Source of the DNA: Chloroflexota bacterium
Lineage (GTDB): Bacteria; Chloroflexota; UBA11872; VXOZ01
NCBI GenBank assembly: GCA_964291655.2
Contig: OZ219802.1
Coordinates: 384,001-448,000, forward strand
Length of the DNA stretch: 64,000 nt
Reading direction: 5' to 3'
Shown: positions 28,415 to 39,182 of the stretch, piece after piece
Numbering within the stretch: the first letter of the stretch is position 1
Layout of the letters: the number at the start of each line of letters is the position of its first letter
The notes under the pieces: model-generated
Databases searched by the model: none
What the model was told of the DNA's origin: nothing
What the model saw: only the letters and a program-made list of their open reading frames with translations
Program-made: the position numbers and the translations under genes

Positions 28415-29185
28415 GTGATGCAACTTACGAACAGAGTGGCGATTGTCACAGGGTCCGGACGCGGAATTGGGCGGGCCACAGCTGAGCGCTTGGCGGAAGC
28501 TGGCGCGCGGGTTGTGGTGGCCGATCTCAATGATGAGAGCGCGGCGGCAGTCGCCAGTGTAATTGATGCTGCGGGCGGGACGGCTCTTGGTGTACAGATA
28601 GACGTCTCCAGCGAAGCAAGCGCCGAGAAACTTGCCCAAGCAGCCCTTGAAAGCTATGGCCGCATTGACGTACTGGTCAACAATGCCGGCATCGGTCTCT
28701 ACACGCCGCTGGTAGAGACGACTTTGGAGCAATGGAACCACGTACTCGCGGTGAACTTGACGGGAATCTTCCTCTGCAGCAAGTATTGTGTTCCCGCCAT
28801 GATGGAGAATGGCGGCGGTAGTATCGTGAACATTGCGTCCGCTCGTGCCATCGCCACCACGGCGCGCACCACGGCGTACACCGCCACCAAAGGTGCGGTT
28901 GTGGCGCTTACAAAAGCGATGGCAACTGAGTTTGGCGATGAGAAGATCCGAGTCAATTGTGTGCTGCCCGGCGCGATAGACACTGACATGATGCGGGAGA
29001 ACCTGGCGGAAGACGGCCTCACTTTTGAAGAGGGTACCGCCCAATCCATGCAGAAGACCCCGTTACGGCGTGTGGGTAAGGGGCGCGACATTGCCAATAC
29101 CGTGACGTTCCTGGCCTCGGACGACGCCTCATACATTACCGGCGCCGGCTTTGTCGTAGATGGTGGCCGCACGGTACACATTTAA
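28415..29185 (+). CDS. Classical SDR oxidoreductase
   Basis: TGSGRGIG, LVNNAG, YTATK, VNCVLPG, VVDGG. Confidence 0.93.
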   Translation: MMQLTNRVAIVTGSGRGIGRATAERLAEAGARVVVADLNDESAAAVASVIDAAGGTALGVQIDVSSEASAEKLAQAALESYGRIDVLVNNAGIGLYTPLVETTLEQWNHVLAVNLTGIFLCSKYCVPAMMENGGGSIVNIASARAIATTARTTAYTATKGAVVALTKAMATEFGDEKIRVNCVLPGAIDTDMMRENLAEDGLTFEEGTAQSMQKTPLRRVGKGRDIANTVTFLASDDASYITGAGFVVDGGRTVHI

Positions 29186-29456
29186 CCCGCAGGCCCTGCA
29201 GACTCCTTGATCATTTAAGGCGTGCGCGGTTGCCGCCGCCGGAGAATTTCACGGCCTCGTGGCGTGCCGCTGCTGAGACGTACTCTCATCGGACAGCCAG
29301 GACCCAAGCATGGTAGCATGCGCCCTCGCGCTGGCGGCGCTGCCTGCCGTAGTAGTGCCTGAATGCCCAATGGTATAATGAATGAGGATCTCAGCCGACT
29401 TCTACCTCGCAAGGATGTACCGGCTAGGCGGCTGACGATGCAGGAAGAGAGAACCG

Positions 29457-29672
29457 ATGGAAACTATGATCAACTTTCCCCAGTGCCAGAAATGTCATAC
29501 GGGCGTACTGGTGCCGTTTTCCGACTTCGGCGGACAAGGGGCATCTGTGATGTTCAAAGCCTGGGTATGCACAAATCCGGACTGTTTCTTCAATTTGAAA
29601 ATTCGCAATGGGGATGTCTACGTAAACGAACGAGTCACCGATGCTGAGCGGGAGCCGCGCCCCGTTCGCTAG
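29457..29672 (+). CDS. Small zinc-ribbon protein
   Basis: CQKC ... WVCTNPDC; TATAAT upstream at 29374-29379; purine-rich RBS. Confidence 0.65.
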   Translation: METMINFPQCQKCHTGVLVPFSDFGGQGASVMFKAWVCTNPDCFFNLKIRNGDVYVNERVTDAEREPRPVR

Positions 29673-29758
29673 TGTTGTCCGTTGCTCTCATCGGATAGCG
29701 CACCTGGCATACGGCGCAGATACGGGCACCCTCGGCATTGCGTTCCTGGACAGTTGCT

Positions 29759-30592
29759 ATGGCAAGGATTCTCCTGCGTGAGCAGTACACGTGCTACAAC
29801 CACCCGCATCGCAAGACCACCGATCGGTGCGATCGCTGTGGCACCGTGTTTTGCAATGAGTGCTTGACAGCACGGGGCAAGCGAGAACTTTGCAATCATT
29901 GCGCTACTGAGGTCGATGCCATCCAGGCGCGCCGCCAACGTCCGCTGCGCCAGAAGCTCATGGACTTTGCGCCCAGCCGGGCCTCTGTCGTGGTTACGCT
30001 CTCGTTCCTCCTCTTGATTGTGGTAGTTGGCGCTTTCTTCGGCAGACAGCTTGCCTCCGTAACGCTGGAACCGGAAGAAGCCGCGCGAGTGGCACGCGCC
30101 TTCCGCGGTACGCTGCAGACGACAGAGGGGCTCAACCTCGTTGAGACGATCGTTGGGGGAGAGGTTGTAGCCGCCACCAGCGAACGGGAAACAGACGATC
30201 ACGTCGCGAAGCGCCTCGTCGATGGGTGGGCAGATTCGAGAGTGCCGGACTGGCGCTCTGAGACTGCAAGCCTGCCCCAGGAACTCGTCTTCGCCATCGA
30301 GCGGCAAGTCCTTGCCGGCGGTCAGGCATTCTCCAATACAGTAACGCTTCAAACCAGCGAACAGAGCCCTCCCGATACGTGGGTGCGGGAATTCCGCGTA
30401 TTTGTAAGCACTGAATCAGCAGAGGGGCCTTGGGAAGAGGTTGGCACCTTCACCCTGGCAGATAGCCCTCTCCTGCAGCGATTTACATACGAGACACGGC
30501 CCACTTGGTATATAAAGCTCGTGATCCTCAGTAACCATGGAAGTACCGATTATATCTCACTGGCGGAGGTCGGGGTCTATCTCACACAGTGA
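29759..30592 (+). CDS. B-box-like Zn finger + TM + discoidin (F5/8 type C)-like membrane protein
   Basis: CYNHP..CDRCG..FCNEC..LCNHC, one TM segment, then LVDG..W.S..PQELVF..VREFRVFVS..YIKLVILSNHG..ISLAEV. Confidence 0.7.
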   Translation: MARILLREQYTCYNHPHRKTTDRCDRCGTVFCNECLTARGKRELCNHCATEVDAIQARRQRPLRQKLMDFAPSRASVVVTLSFLLLIVVVGAFFGRQLASVTLEPEEAARVARAFRGTLQTTEGLNLVETIVGGEVVAATSERETDDHVAKRLVDGWADSRVPDWRSETASLPQELVFAIERQVLAGGQAFSNTVTLQTSEQSPPDTWVREFRVFVSTESAEGPWEEVGTFTLADSPLLQRFTYETRPTWYIKLVILSNHGSTDYISLAEVGVYLTQ

Positions 30593-30718
30593 AGTCTTCG
30601 TACAAGCCTCATCGATCCCGCTGAGCGTACCGAGCGTACCTCGGGCATGTTGAAATCTGCGCAGACAGTAGAGAACCCCTCAGCATTCGATTGCAAAATC
30701 TAGAGAGAAAGCAACTCT

Positions 30719-31660
30719 GTGAAGCAATTCAAGCAGCTTCTTGGTGGGACATCGCTCGAAGAAAGTGTTGCAAAGAGTCGCGGTGGCGCCTTTTCGGCGC
30801 TGCGGGATCTCTTTAGACCCGGCGTACGGCTTGATGAAGACTTCTGGGAAGAACTGGAAGATACGCTCATCATGGCTGATGTCGGACCCTACCTGGCAGG
30901 GGAGCTCGTCGAGAGCGCGCGCGAGACGATTGCGCAGACTCAATTGGACTCGGCAGCGGAGGCCCACGGCCTCATCGAGGAGCTTCTCGTCGCACACCTT
31001 GGCCCCGATTCTGCACAAGTCATTTCCGGCCAACCGCTCACCGTGATATTGATGGTTGGCGTGAATGGCTCCGGCAAAACCACGATGACGGCGAAACTTG
31101 CCTATTGGTTGAAAGAGCAGGGCCACACGTGCATGTTGGCGGCGGCGGACACGTTTCGCGCCGCTGCCATCGATCAACTCCGTGTGTGGGCAGAGCGTAT
31201 AGATGTGCCTGTCATTGCGCAGCAACCGGGTTCGGACCCAGGCGCCGTCGTATTCGACGCCATCGACTCTGCCACTTCGCGCAATGTTTCCCATCTCATC
31301 GTGGATACCGCAGGCCGTCTCCACACAAAGGCCAACCTCATGGACGAACTGCGCAAGGTACAGCGCATTGCTACAAACCGCGTTGGCGCTGCCGCAGTTG
31401 AGACTTTGCTCGTCATCGACGCGATAACGGGTCAGAACGTGCTCAATCAGGCGAAGATCTTTTGTGAATCCGTCCAAGTCACTGGAGTTGTCCTTACCAA
31501 GCTAGATAGTACGGCGCGGGGCGGGAGCGTGTTCGGCATCGCTCGCGAGTTGCAGCTACCTATCAAATTGGTCGGCACAGGCGAGCAATTGAACGACATG
31601 GATGCTTTTGACAGCCAGCGCTTCGTGCGTGCCTTGCTGAGCGAGTCTGTGCCCACATAG
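30719..31660 (+). CDS. ftsY: SRP receptor FtsY
   Basis: GVNGSGKTT, ADTFRAAA, DTAGRLH, TKLDSTARGG. Confidence 0.96.
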   Translation: MKQFKQLLGGTSLEESVAKSRGGAFSALRDLFRPGVRLDEDFWEELEDTLIMADVGPYLAGELVESARETIAQTQLDSAAEAHGLIEELLVAHLGPDSAQVISGQPLTVILMVGVNGSGKTTMTAKLAYWLKEQGHTCMLAAADTFRAAAIDQLRVWAERIDVPVIAQQPGSDPGAVVFDAIDSATSRNVSHLIVDTAGRLHTKANLMDELRKVQRIATNRVGAAAVETLLVIDAITGQNVLNQAKIFCESVQVTGVVLTKLDSTARGGSVFGIARELQLPIKLVGTGEQLNDMDAFDSQRFVRALLSESVPT

Positions 31661-31728
31661 ACTCATCTACGCGTTGATAGACGAGCAGTCCATTGCTGGC
31701 GGAGTTGGTGGAAAGGAACGGAACCAAC

Positions 31729-32484
31729 GTGAAAGGCGTAATCCTGGTCGGAGGAAGCGGCAGTCGCCTCGACCCACTGACTCGCGTTACGAACAAGCAT
31801 CTATTGCCAGTTTATGACAAGCCGATGGTGTTCTATCCCATTCAGGCGCTCGTGAACGCCGGCATAACCGACATAATGCTCGTCACCGGCGGCAGCAACG
31901 CCGGCGACTTCCTGCGCTTGCTTGGCAACGGCAGTGATTTCGGTCTCAAGCGCCTTCACTATACGTACCAAGACCGCCCCGCAGGCATCGCCCACGCATT
32001 GGGACTGACCCGTGACTTCGCGGAAGGTGACTCTCTGCTGCTCATGTTGGGGGATAACATCATCGAAGGAAACCTGCTCGCGGCCCGCCGCAACTTTGAG
32101 GCGCAAGATCGGGGCGCGCGTGTCATGCTGACCCGAGTGGAAAATCCCTCAAGCTACGGCGTGGTGGAGATCGAGGATGGCGCGTGCGACGAAGTCGGCC
32201 GCATCAAAAGCATTACGGAAAAGCCTGCCGATCCAAAATCGAACCTCGTGCAGACTGGGATATATTTCTATGACGAGCATGTGTTCGACGTCGTCTCCAG
32301 CCTCCGGCCGTCGGGGCGCGGCGAACTAGAGATAACCGACGTCAACACCCACTATCTCCAGGAAGGCAACCTGGAGTACGATATCCTTGAGGGCTTTTGG
32401 GCGGATTGCGGAGAGTCTTTCGAGACGTACCTAGAGTCTCAAACCCTCGTGGCCACGCATGGTGCGAATAAGTTGAAAATGTAA
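31729..32484 (+). CDS. Sugar-1-phosphate nucleotidyltransferase (glucose-1-phosphate thymidylyltransferase-like)
   Basis: GVILVGGSGSRLDPLT..NKHLLPVYDKPM, LGDNI, EKP, RGELEITDVN; start GTG 31729. Confidence 0.9.
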   Translation: MKGVILVGGSGSRLDPLTRVTNKHLLPVYDKPMVFYPIQALVNAGITDIMLVTGGSNAGDFLRLLGNGSDFGLKRLHYTYQDRPAGIAHALGLTRDFAEGDSLLLMLGDNIIEGNLLAARRNFEAQDRGARVMLTRVENPSSYGVVEIEDGACDEVGRIKSITEKPADPKSNLVQTGIYFYDEHVFDVVSSLRPSGRGELEITDVNTHYLQEGNLEYDILEGFWADCGESFETYLESQTLVATHGANKLKM

Positions 32485-32499
32485 TGGAACACATAGGTC

Positions 32500-33831
32500 A
32501 TGTTTGAAACGCTTTCCGATCGCCTACAGGGCGTATTCCATAAGCTGCGGGGACGCGGCAAGCTAAGCGAGGCCGACGTGGACGCGGCCCTGCGGGAAGT
32601 CCGGTTGGCGCTCCTGGAAGCAGACGTGAATTTCAGGGTCGTGCGTGGCTTTCTCAAGTCGCTGCGCGAGCGGGCGGTAGGCGCCGAGGTGAGGGAGAGT
32701 CTGACGCCGGGTCAGCAGGTTATCAAGATCGTACACGAGGAACTCATCAGCCTGCTCGGCGAACCCGCTCCGCTCACCCTCTTGGGCTCTCCCCCGCACG
32801 TCATCATGCTCGTAGGCTTACAAGGCTCAGGCAAGACCACTGCCGCGGGCAAGCTTGCCCTCGCGCTGCGCAAGCAGGGACAGCAATGCCTGCTGGTTGC
32901 GGCAGATATCTACCGTCCCGCCGCAATTGAACAGCTCGAGACCATTGGCCGACAGGTAGACGTGCCTGTGCATTCCATGGGTACTTCCCAGCCACCGGCG
33001 AAAATTGCCAAGACAGCCATTGAGAGAGCGCGCAATGAGCGCCTGGGGACGGTGATCGTCGATACGGCGGGGCGTCTTCAAATTGACGCGGATATGATGG
33101 CTGAGATTCACGAAATCGCAGAAGCTGTCGAGCCGCAAGAAGTGTTGCTGGTTGCCGATGCCATGACCGGCCAAGAAGCCGTCAATGTTGCGCAGGCCTT
33201 CCACGAGCAGGTGACGCTCACGGGCCTGATCCTCACCAAGACCGACGGAGACGCCCGCGGTGGCGCAGCGCTCTCGGTACGCAGCGTGACCGGAATTCCT
33301 ATCAGGTTCCTGGGAAGCGGTGAGAAGATCGAGCCGCTCGACCCCTTCTATCCGGACCGCTTGGCCTCGCGCATTCTCGGTATGGGTGACGTGCTCAGCC
33401 TCATCGAACGAGCAGAAGAGACCATCGACGCGGAGCAAGCCGCCGAGCTGGAGAAGAAGATACGCACCGCCAGCTTTACCCTAGATGACTTTGTCGATCA
33501 GTTGCAGCAGATCAAGAAGATGGGCTCATTGGGCCAAGTCCTTGAGATGGTGCCCGGCATGAATCAATTCATGCGCAATCCCGCGATGGCTGCGGCCTTG
33601 GACGAACGGCAATTTGCGCGCGTAGAGGCGATCATATACTCGATGACGTTGGCTGAGCGCCACAATCCAGCCATCATCGACGGTTCGCGGCGGCGGCGGA
33701 TTGCGGCCGGCAGCGGAACGACGCCTGCAGAAGTCAACCAGCTCCTCGGCAATTTCCGTCAAATGCAATCTATGATGAAGTCGCTGGCTTCCGGCAAGAT
33801 TCCCCGCAATCTCATGCGCTTCTTTGGCTAA
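32500..33831 (+). CDS. ffh: Signal recognition particle protein Ffh
   Basis: ALLEADVN, GLQGSGKTT, DTAGRLQ, DGDARGG, ILGMGD, RRRRIAAGSG. Confidence 0.97.
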   Translation: MFETLSDRLQGVFHKLRGRGKLSEADVDAALREVRLALLEADVNFRVVRGFLKSLRERAVGAEVRESLTPGQQVIKIVHEELISLLGEPAPLTLLGSPPHVIMLVGLQGSGKTTAAGKLALALRKQGQQCLLVAADIYRPAAIEQLETIGRQVDVPVHSMGTSQPPAKIAKTAIERARNERLGTVIVDTAGRLQIDADMMAEIHEIAEAVEPQEVLLVADAMTGQEAVNVAQAFHEQVTLTGLILTKTDGDARGGAALSVRSVTGIPIRFLGSGEKIEPLDPFYPDRLASRILGMGDVLSLIERAEETIDAEQAAELEKKIRTASFTLDDFVDQLQQIKKMGSLGQVLEMVPGMNQFMRNPAMAAALDERQFARVEAIIYSMTLAERHNPAIIDGSRRRRIAAGSGTTPAEVNQLLGNFRQMQSMMKSLASGKIPRNLMRFFG

Positions 33832-34103
33832 CCCCGGCACCATGTTGATTGCTTGGCTTGGGGAAGGGCCAAATCCCACCGCAACTCACGAGCCGGCGCA
33901 AGTGCCACACTGCTGACACCCGCAGCAGGTGCCGCAATTGCACAGCCCGCTTAACCCTGGATGGAACTCGTTGCGTGCCACGGCTTGCTCCCGGGGATTG
34001 CGGTAGCTAGTTCCTCGCTAGCCACGTCACACCCTTGAGCCCATTCGTTCGAATGGTGAAACACTCTGTCTCTTACCAACGTTGCATCTGGGCATAGTGA
34101 GCC

Positions 34104-35486
34104 CTATTCGCCACTGCGGCCGCGGCCATTAGTGGGGGCGAACTGAAAGACTAGCCAGCCGAGAATGGTGGCCAACAATGACCCAACTAAGATGCTCATC
34201 TTAGCCGACTCCAGCAATTCCGTTCCGCCAAGGGCCAAGTTTGCGATAAAGAGCGACATCGTGAAGCCGATACCTGCTAAGCACCCGGCGCCAAGTACGT
34301 GGAACCAGTTTACGCGACTGGGAAGGGCGGCGAGACCGAGACGCACCGCGACTACGGAAAAGAGCACAATTCCAAGCGGCTTGCCGACGAGCAGCCCCAG
34401 GGCCACACCACGCGCCAGCGGTTCCTCTACAAAACCGGTAAGATCGGCGTCAATTGCAACGCCAGCATTGGCCAGTGCAAACAACGGCATGATGCCAAAG
34501 ACCGTCCAGGGATGGAGCGTGTTTTCGAAACGCTGTAGTGGCGACTGCGCCCCCAAGGCCGTCCGCTCTATAGAACGCATCAGGGATACTTGCTCTTCAT
34601 TCGCCAACACACTCTCACCTTCAGCAGATGCCTGGGCAAATTCGTCAATGTAGACGCGGCTCAGGTTGGTGAATTCAGCGCTATCGATACGCCGACGGAC
34701 CGGAATCGTAAACGCCGCAATTACCCCCGCCACCGTCGGGTGCACTCCCGATAAGATGAAGGCCGGCCACAGACCGCAGGCGGCCAAGAGGATATACACG
34801 AGCGTGCTGCGAATCCCCAAGCGATTGGCAGCGATAAGCAATACCACAAAAACCGCGGCGATTCCCAACGCCAAGAGCGAAATGCCGCTCGTATAGAAGA
34901 TGGCAATGACTAGCACCGCCCCAATGTCATCCACTATCGCCAGAGCCGTAAGAAAGACCTTGATGGGCGTGGGCACTCGGCTGCCAAGGACCGCCATCAC
35001 GCCCAGCGTAAACGCGATGTCGGTTGCCATGGGGATGCCCCAACCGCGTTGCCCCGGCTCGCCCCAGTTAAACCACAGAAAGATGGCAGCGGGAACGAGC
35101 ATGCCACCGATCGCCGCCATGATGGGGAGCATGGCACGCCTTGGTGAAGCGAGTTCTCCGGCAATTACCTCACGCTTGATTTCTAAGCCGACCACAAAGA
35201 AGAAAATTACCATCAAGCCATCGTTGATCCAGTATTCGAGCGGCTTGTCGAATACGAAGTCGCCAATTCTCACGGCAAAGTGGAGGTGCCAGAGGTCATA
35301 GTACGAAGAGCCAAAAGGAGAATTGGCCCACACAATTGCCACGATTACGCAGGCCAGCAGGACTATCCCACTGGATGCCTGCGCATGGGCAAATTCCTGG
35401 AAGAGACCAAGGACTCGAAACCGTCCATGCCCTGGGGAGGATGGGCGAGCACCGTGTTGATCCGTGTCTGAAATATCGTTTTTCAC
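34104..35486 (-). CDS. nhaA: Na+/H+ antiporter NhaA
   Basis: WINDGLM, GLEIKRE, GWGIPMATDIAF, ALAIVDD, GIGFTMSLFI. Confidence 0.96.
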   Translation of the reverse strand: MKNDISDTDQHGARPSSPGHGRFRVLGLFQEFAHAQASSGIVLLACVIVAIVWANSPFGSSYYDLWHLHFAVRIGDFVFDKPLEYWINDGLMVIFFFVVGLEIKREVIAGELASPRRAMLPIMAAIGGMLVPAAIFLWFNWGEPGQRGWGIPMATDIAFTLGVMAVLGSRVPTPIKVFLTALAIVDDIGAVLVIAIFYTSGISLLALGIAAVFVVLLIAANRLGIRSTLVYILLAACGLWPAFILSGVHPTVAGVIAAFTIPVRRRIDSAEFTNLSRVYIDEFAQASAEGESVLANEEQVSLMRSIERTALGAQSPLQRFENTLHPWTVFGIMPLFALANAGVAIDADLTGFVEEPLARGVALGLLVGKPLGIVLFSVVAVRLGLAALPSRVNWFHVLGAGCLAGIGFTMSLFIANLALGGTELLESAKMSILVGSLLATILGWLVFQFAPTNGRGRSGE

Positions 35487-35777
35487 TGCTGAGTCCTCAG
35501 CATGTCGTAAATTGTCTCCTGATTAGGGTGCAGCACCTGGCCGGGGGCTTCCGCGGGGCGTTATTAATACTATAGCGCACCGCATCATAGCAGTCTCGGC
35601 ACACGAGAGTGTGACAGTCCGGCACGAGGATTCTGCAATGTGCATGCGGATTCCCGGACCGATTGAGAGCCTCTGCGTAGAACGATGTATTGCCTGGAAC
35701 ACACGTATTCTGTCACGCACATAACAGGGGTTCAACACTTTGCAGCAGCCGGCTGCATAGTCCTGCCTGCGACATGG

Positions 35778-37298
35778 TTAATTGTTGAGCTTGGGACGAT
35801 ACTGCAGGGCTTCAGCGAGGTGTTGGACGGCTATGATATCGGCCTCATCCATGTCCGCAATCGTGCGGGCGAGCTTCAGCACGCGATGGAAGCTGCGCGC
35901 CGTCAATTGCATGCGGTCCATCGCCGTCCGCATCAGATTCTGAGCATCCGACTGCAGTGTACAGAACTCCCGCACGTGTCGAGGGCCTATTTCTCCGTTT
36001 GTCTTGAAGGGAAGCGCAGCAAAGCGCTCCTGCTGGACTTGCCGGGCACGCACCACACGCTCCCGCACACTTGCTGATGGCTCGCCTTGGCGATCTTCGG
36101 TCAGTTTTTCGTATTCAACGCGCGGCACTTCAACGTATATGTCAATGCGGTCCAGCAGTGGACCGGACAACTTCCTTTGGTAGCGCGTGACGATGGCGGG
36201 ATTGCACGTACAATTGCGAACCGGATCACCATACCAACCGCACGGGCAAGGATTCATCGCGCCAATGAGCAAGAACTGCGCCGGAAACGTCAGCGAGCCC
36301 GAAGCGCGCGAAATCGTAACTGCGCCAGACTCAAGCGGCTGCCGGAGCATATCAAGGAGATTTGTCGGAAATTCAGGTATTTCGTCGAGAAACAAGACGC
36401 CGCGATGCGCCTGGCTAATCTCACCCGGGCGCGGAAAGCGGCCGCCGCCTACGAGCCCCGCGTGAGAGACGGTATGGTGGGGAGAACGAAACGGGCGCTT
36501 CAATACCAAAGGCTCGTCCGCCTGCAAGAGCCCACAGACACTATAGATCTTGCTCACCTCTATTGCTTCATCCAGCGAGAGCGGCGGCAGAATTGAAGAC
36601 ACGGCCTGGGCCAGGAGGGACTTGCCGGTACCCGGTGGACCCGAAAACAACACGTTGTGACCGCCGCTGCATGCCACTTCTAGCGCCCGCTTGGCGTGCT
36701 CCTGGCCTTTTACGTCGGCCAGATCAACATCGTAGGCTATGGTATCGTTTTCGGCGGCATTCGGCGGGCGGGCTCTGGCGAGGGATTCCATGTCACTGAG
36801 GTGCAAGACCAGTTGCCTCAAGTGCATTGCGGGGTAGACTGCCAAACCTGATATGATTGCCGCCTCCGCGCCGTTTGACACGGGCACGTAAACGGAGCGT
36901 ATACCCCAGCGGAGTGCATTGGACACGAGCGGCAGAATTCCGTTCGTAGGCCGTAGCGCCCCTTCAAGCGCCAACTCGCCGAGAAAGAGCGATTCTTCCA
37001 GCCCTTCCGCCGCCAACTGACCGCTGGCGACGAGAATGCCGATGGCAATCGGTACGTCGAGGCTCGTACCTTCCTTCGCCACGTCAGCAGGCGCAAGATT
37101 GACGGTAACCCGCTTCTGGGGAAAGACAAAGCCCGCGTCTCGAATTGCCGCGCGCACACGCTCACGGGCTTCCTGCACCGCCGTATCCGGTAAGCCGACG
37201 ATGACGAATGAGGGCAGCCCGTCGGCAAGATCAACTTCTACCTCAACCTGGGCGCTATCCAGCCCGACCAGCGTGGCAGCCATAATCTTGGCCAGCAT
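35778..37298 (-). CDS. comM: YifB/ComM Mg-chelatase-like AAA+ ATPase
   Basis: VGLPDTAVQEARERV, VNLAPAD, GPPGTGKS, PFRSPHHT, GVLFLDE, MNPCPCG, SGPLLDRID. Confidence 0.93.
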   Translation of the reverse strand: MLAKIMAATLVGLDSAQVEVEVDLADGLPSFVIVGLPDTAVQEARERVRAAIRDAGFVFPQKRVTVNLAPADVAKEGTSLDVPIAIGILVASGQLAAEGLEESLFLGELALEGALRPTNGILPLVSNALRWGIRSVYVPVSNGAEAAIISGLAVYPAMHLRQLVLHLSDMESLARARPPNAAENDTIAYDVDLADVKGQEHAKRALEVACSGGHNVLFSGPPGTGKSLLAQAVSSILPPLSLDEAIEVSKIYSVCGLLQADEPLVLKRPFRSPHHTVSHAGLVGGGRFPRPGEISQAHRGVLFLDEIPEFPTNLLDMLRQPLESGAVTISRASGSLTFPAQFLLIGAMNPCPCGWYGDPVRNCTCNPAIVTRYQRKLSGPLLDRIDIYVEVPRVEYEKLTEDRQGEPSASVRERVVRARQVQQERFAALPFKTNGEIGPRHVREFCTLQSDAQNLMRTAMDRMQLTARSFHRVLKLARTIADMDEADIIAVQHLAEALQYRPKLNN

Positions 37299-37583
37299 AC
37301 CGAATCCTAGTGTCCAGCTAAATCGGTCTTACACATGCATCACAGAAGGTACGGAGACTTGTACACGTAAGAAAGGAATGCAGCAAATGGCTGCGTCGGC
37401 GCTCTCTGCCGCATATCGCCGATGTCAATGGTGCATAGTCCCTTCGCGGGCCGCGCCTGTCCAACGAGAAGCGAATTCGCCCCCAAACGGCGGAAGCCGC
37501 CGTCTCCGGCACACATCAAACATTTATTTCGCCGAAGGAATGTTACGCGCTTTCGGCCTGCAGCCGAAGCCAACGTGTCACAG

Positions 37584-39182
37584 TCAGCGAAGCGGATCGA
37601 AAAACGTCAGATCGGCGCCGAAATTATCCATCGCCGCCACCGCGTCTCCTTCAAGAGCCGTCCGGATGTTGCGCGTGCGGTGAGCGAGCGTAATTTCAGT
37701 CCGTGCCGCCGGGTACTCCAATGAAACCGGTTTACCCGGATCAGGTTGGGCAATGTACAGGTGATCTCCCAATACCCGGTAGTCTGCGGTTCCACTGACC
37801 TGCAAGGCAGACCTGTCGGCCCACCGCGGCAATCTGATCCAAAGTGGCGCCGCGTGCCTGGTCGTCACGCTCACTCGGCCTGACGATTCGCCCGCCTGCA
37901 CACGCGCGTCCGGCGTGTCCTGGTCCAACAACAGGTTCACCCGTACGCCATCGGGCCCTGTCACGACGCCCTCCCTGAGCACTTCGCAGAGGGTCCCGAC
38001 TACTCCGCCGACTATATCCATATTGAAGCTGATCCGTTCGAGACCAAGCGGGTGGTGGCCGTACGGCGCTGGAAACCCAAACGCTCCCCGATGCCGTTCT
38101 CTCACACTTCTCAGACCATCTTCGCCTGCCGGATTGGCAGGTTCGGGAATGAAATCTGCATCGCGAAGTTGGGACGGCAACAGGTGCCCGCGTAGAATCC
38201 TTTCGGCGTCTTGGAAGCGCCCGGGATATCCGTGCCGGCCGAGTATCAGGTCTGTTTCGACGATATCGCCGGTGTTGTTGCCCTCGCCCTTGTCGGCCGG
38301 GCTGTCGTCGGCGCTGCTCTCGATCACCCAGCCCAGTTCGTCGCGGATCGCCCACAGCCCGTTGTCGGCAAAGGCCCGTACTCGCTCCAGGAGTGCGGCG
38401 TCGCCGGTCAGGTCCCCAAGCTGCGCCAGCGAGGACATGACACAGGTCGTCGAGTGCGTGTGCACCCCGAACTTCTCACGGTCATACGACCCGTCCGGCA
38501 AGAAGAACTCAGACGTGGCCTTCTCGGCCAGGAGAGACGCCAATTCAAGCGCTTTGCCCGAGCCGGTGGCCCTGAAGTACTTAACCAGCGGGCCGATGGC
38601 GCGGGCGACTCCCGTAATGAATGTATTCTGCCGGGTCCACCGAATGCCGTGGGCCGCCGTAATCCTCTCGCGGTCCCAGCCGTCCACCGGGTCCCACGCA
38701 TCGAGTATGAACTCAATGCTGGATTCGGCCACTTCCCTCGCCGTGTCTGAATTTCGAAACTTGACGAGGGCGTAAAGTGCATGCATTCCCTCACGCACGT
38801 TGTGATCGTTGAAGTTCTCGATTGGTCCGTCCACGCGGTCGCGGTTCATGGGCAAAGGCACGGGGCCGGAGTAAGAGAAGAAGGCCGCTGCGGCGTGTTT
38901 TTCGACCGCCTCCTCCGAGATCGAGACTCCAGCCGCGTCTTCGGCATTCAACAGGGCGTTCAGGTGCCTGCCCGGCACATGCGACTCAGAGTGGACGTTG
39001 CTGAAGCTGAGCCGGGGGTTGGGAAGGACCTCTGAACTGAAGAACGGGATGTCGTTGTCGTCGGCGTTGAACACGCTCGACATCGTCCGGCAACCAAGTT
39101 TGATCGCCGACTTTATGTCGGTGGTGTTGACGTTGGATACCTTCACGTTGGCGCTCCCGTGGTCCGCTCGAAAATGGACCAT
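37584..39182 (-). CDS. Hypothetical protein, GH127/beta-L-arabinofuranosidase-like
   Basis: HTHS motif, GEGNNTGD, ERILRGHLLPSQ, C-terminal LWIRLPRWA beta-sandwich pattern; long GC3-rich ORF; start uncertain. Confidence 0.55.
   Translation of the reverse strand: MVHFRADHGSANVKVSNVNTTDIKSAIKLGCRTMSSVFNADDNDIPFFSSEVLPNPRLSFSNVHSESHVPGRHLNALLNAEDAAGVSISEEAVEKHAAAAFFSYSGPVPLPMNRDRVDGPIENFNDHNVREGMHALYALVKFRNSDTAREVAESSIEFILDAWDPVDGWDRERITAAHGIRWTRQNTFITGVARAIGPLVKYFRATGSGKALELASLLAEKATSEFFLPDGSYDREKFGVHTHSTTCVMSSLAQLGDLTGDAALLERVRAFADNGLWAIRDELGWVIESSADDSPADKGEGNNTGDIVETDLILGRHGYPGRFQDAERILRGHLLPSQLRDADFIPEPANPAGEDGLRSVRERHRGAFGFPAPYGHHPLGLERISFNMDIVGGVVGTLCEVLREGVVTGPDGVRVNLLLDQDTPDARVQAGESSGRVSVTTRHAAPLWIRLPRWADRSALQVSGTADYRVLGDHLYIAQPDPGKPVSLEYPAARTEITLAHRTRNIRTALEGDAVAAMDNFGADLTFFDPLR

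Noticed and set aside
27650-29044. Long 464-aa antisense ORF
   Set aside because: Shadow of the phyH and SDR genes on the opposite strand; long antisense frames are common for GC-rich SDR genes.
33832-34103. SRP RNA (ffs) downstream of ffh
   Set aside because: No conserved domain IV motif (CAGG..GGAA..AGCAG) found on either strand.
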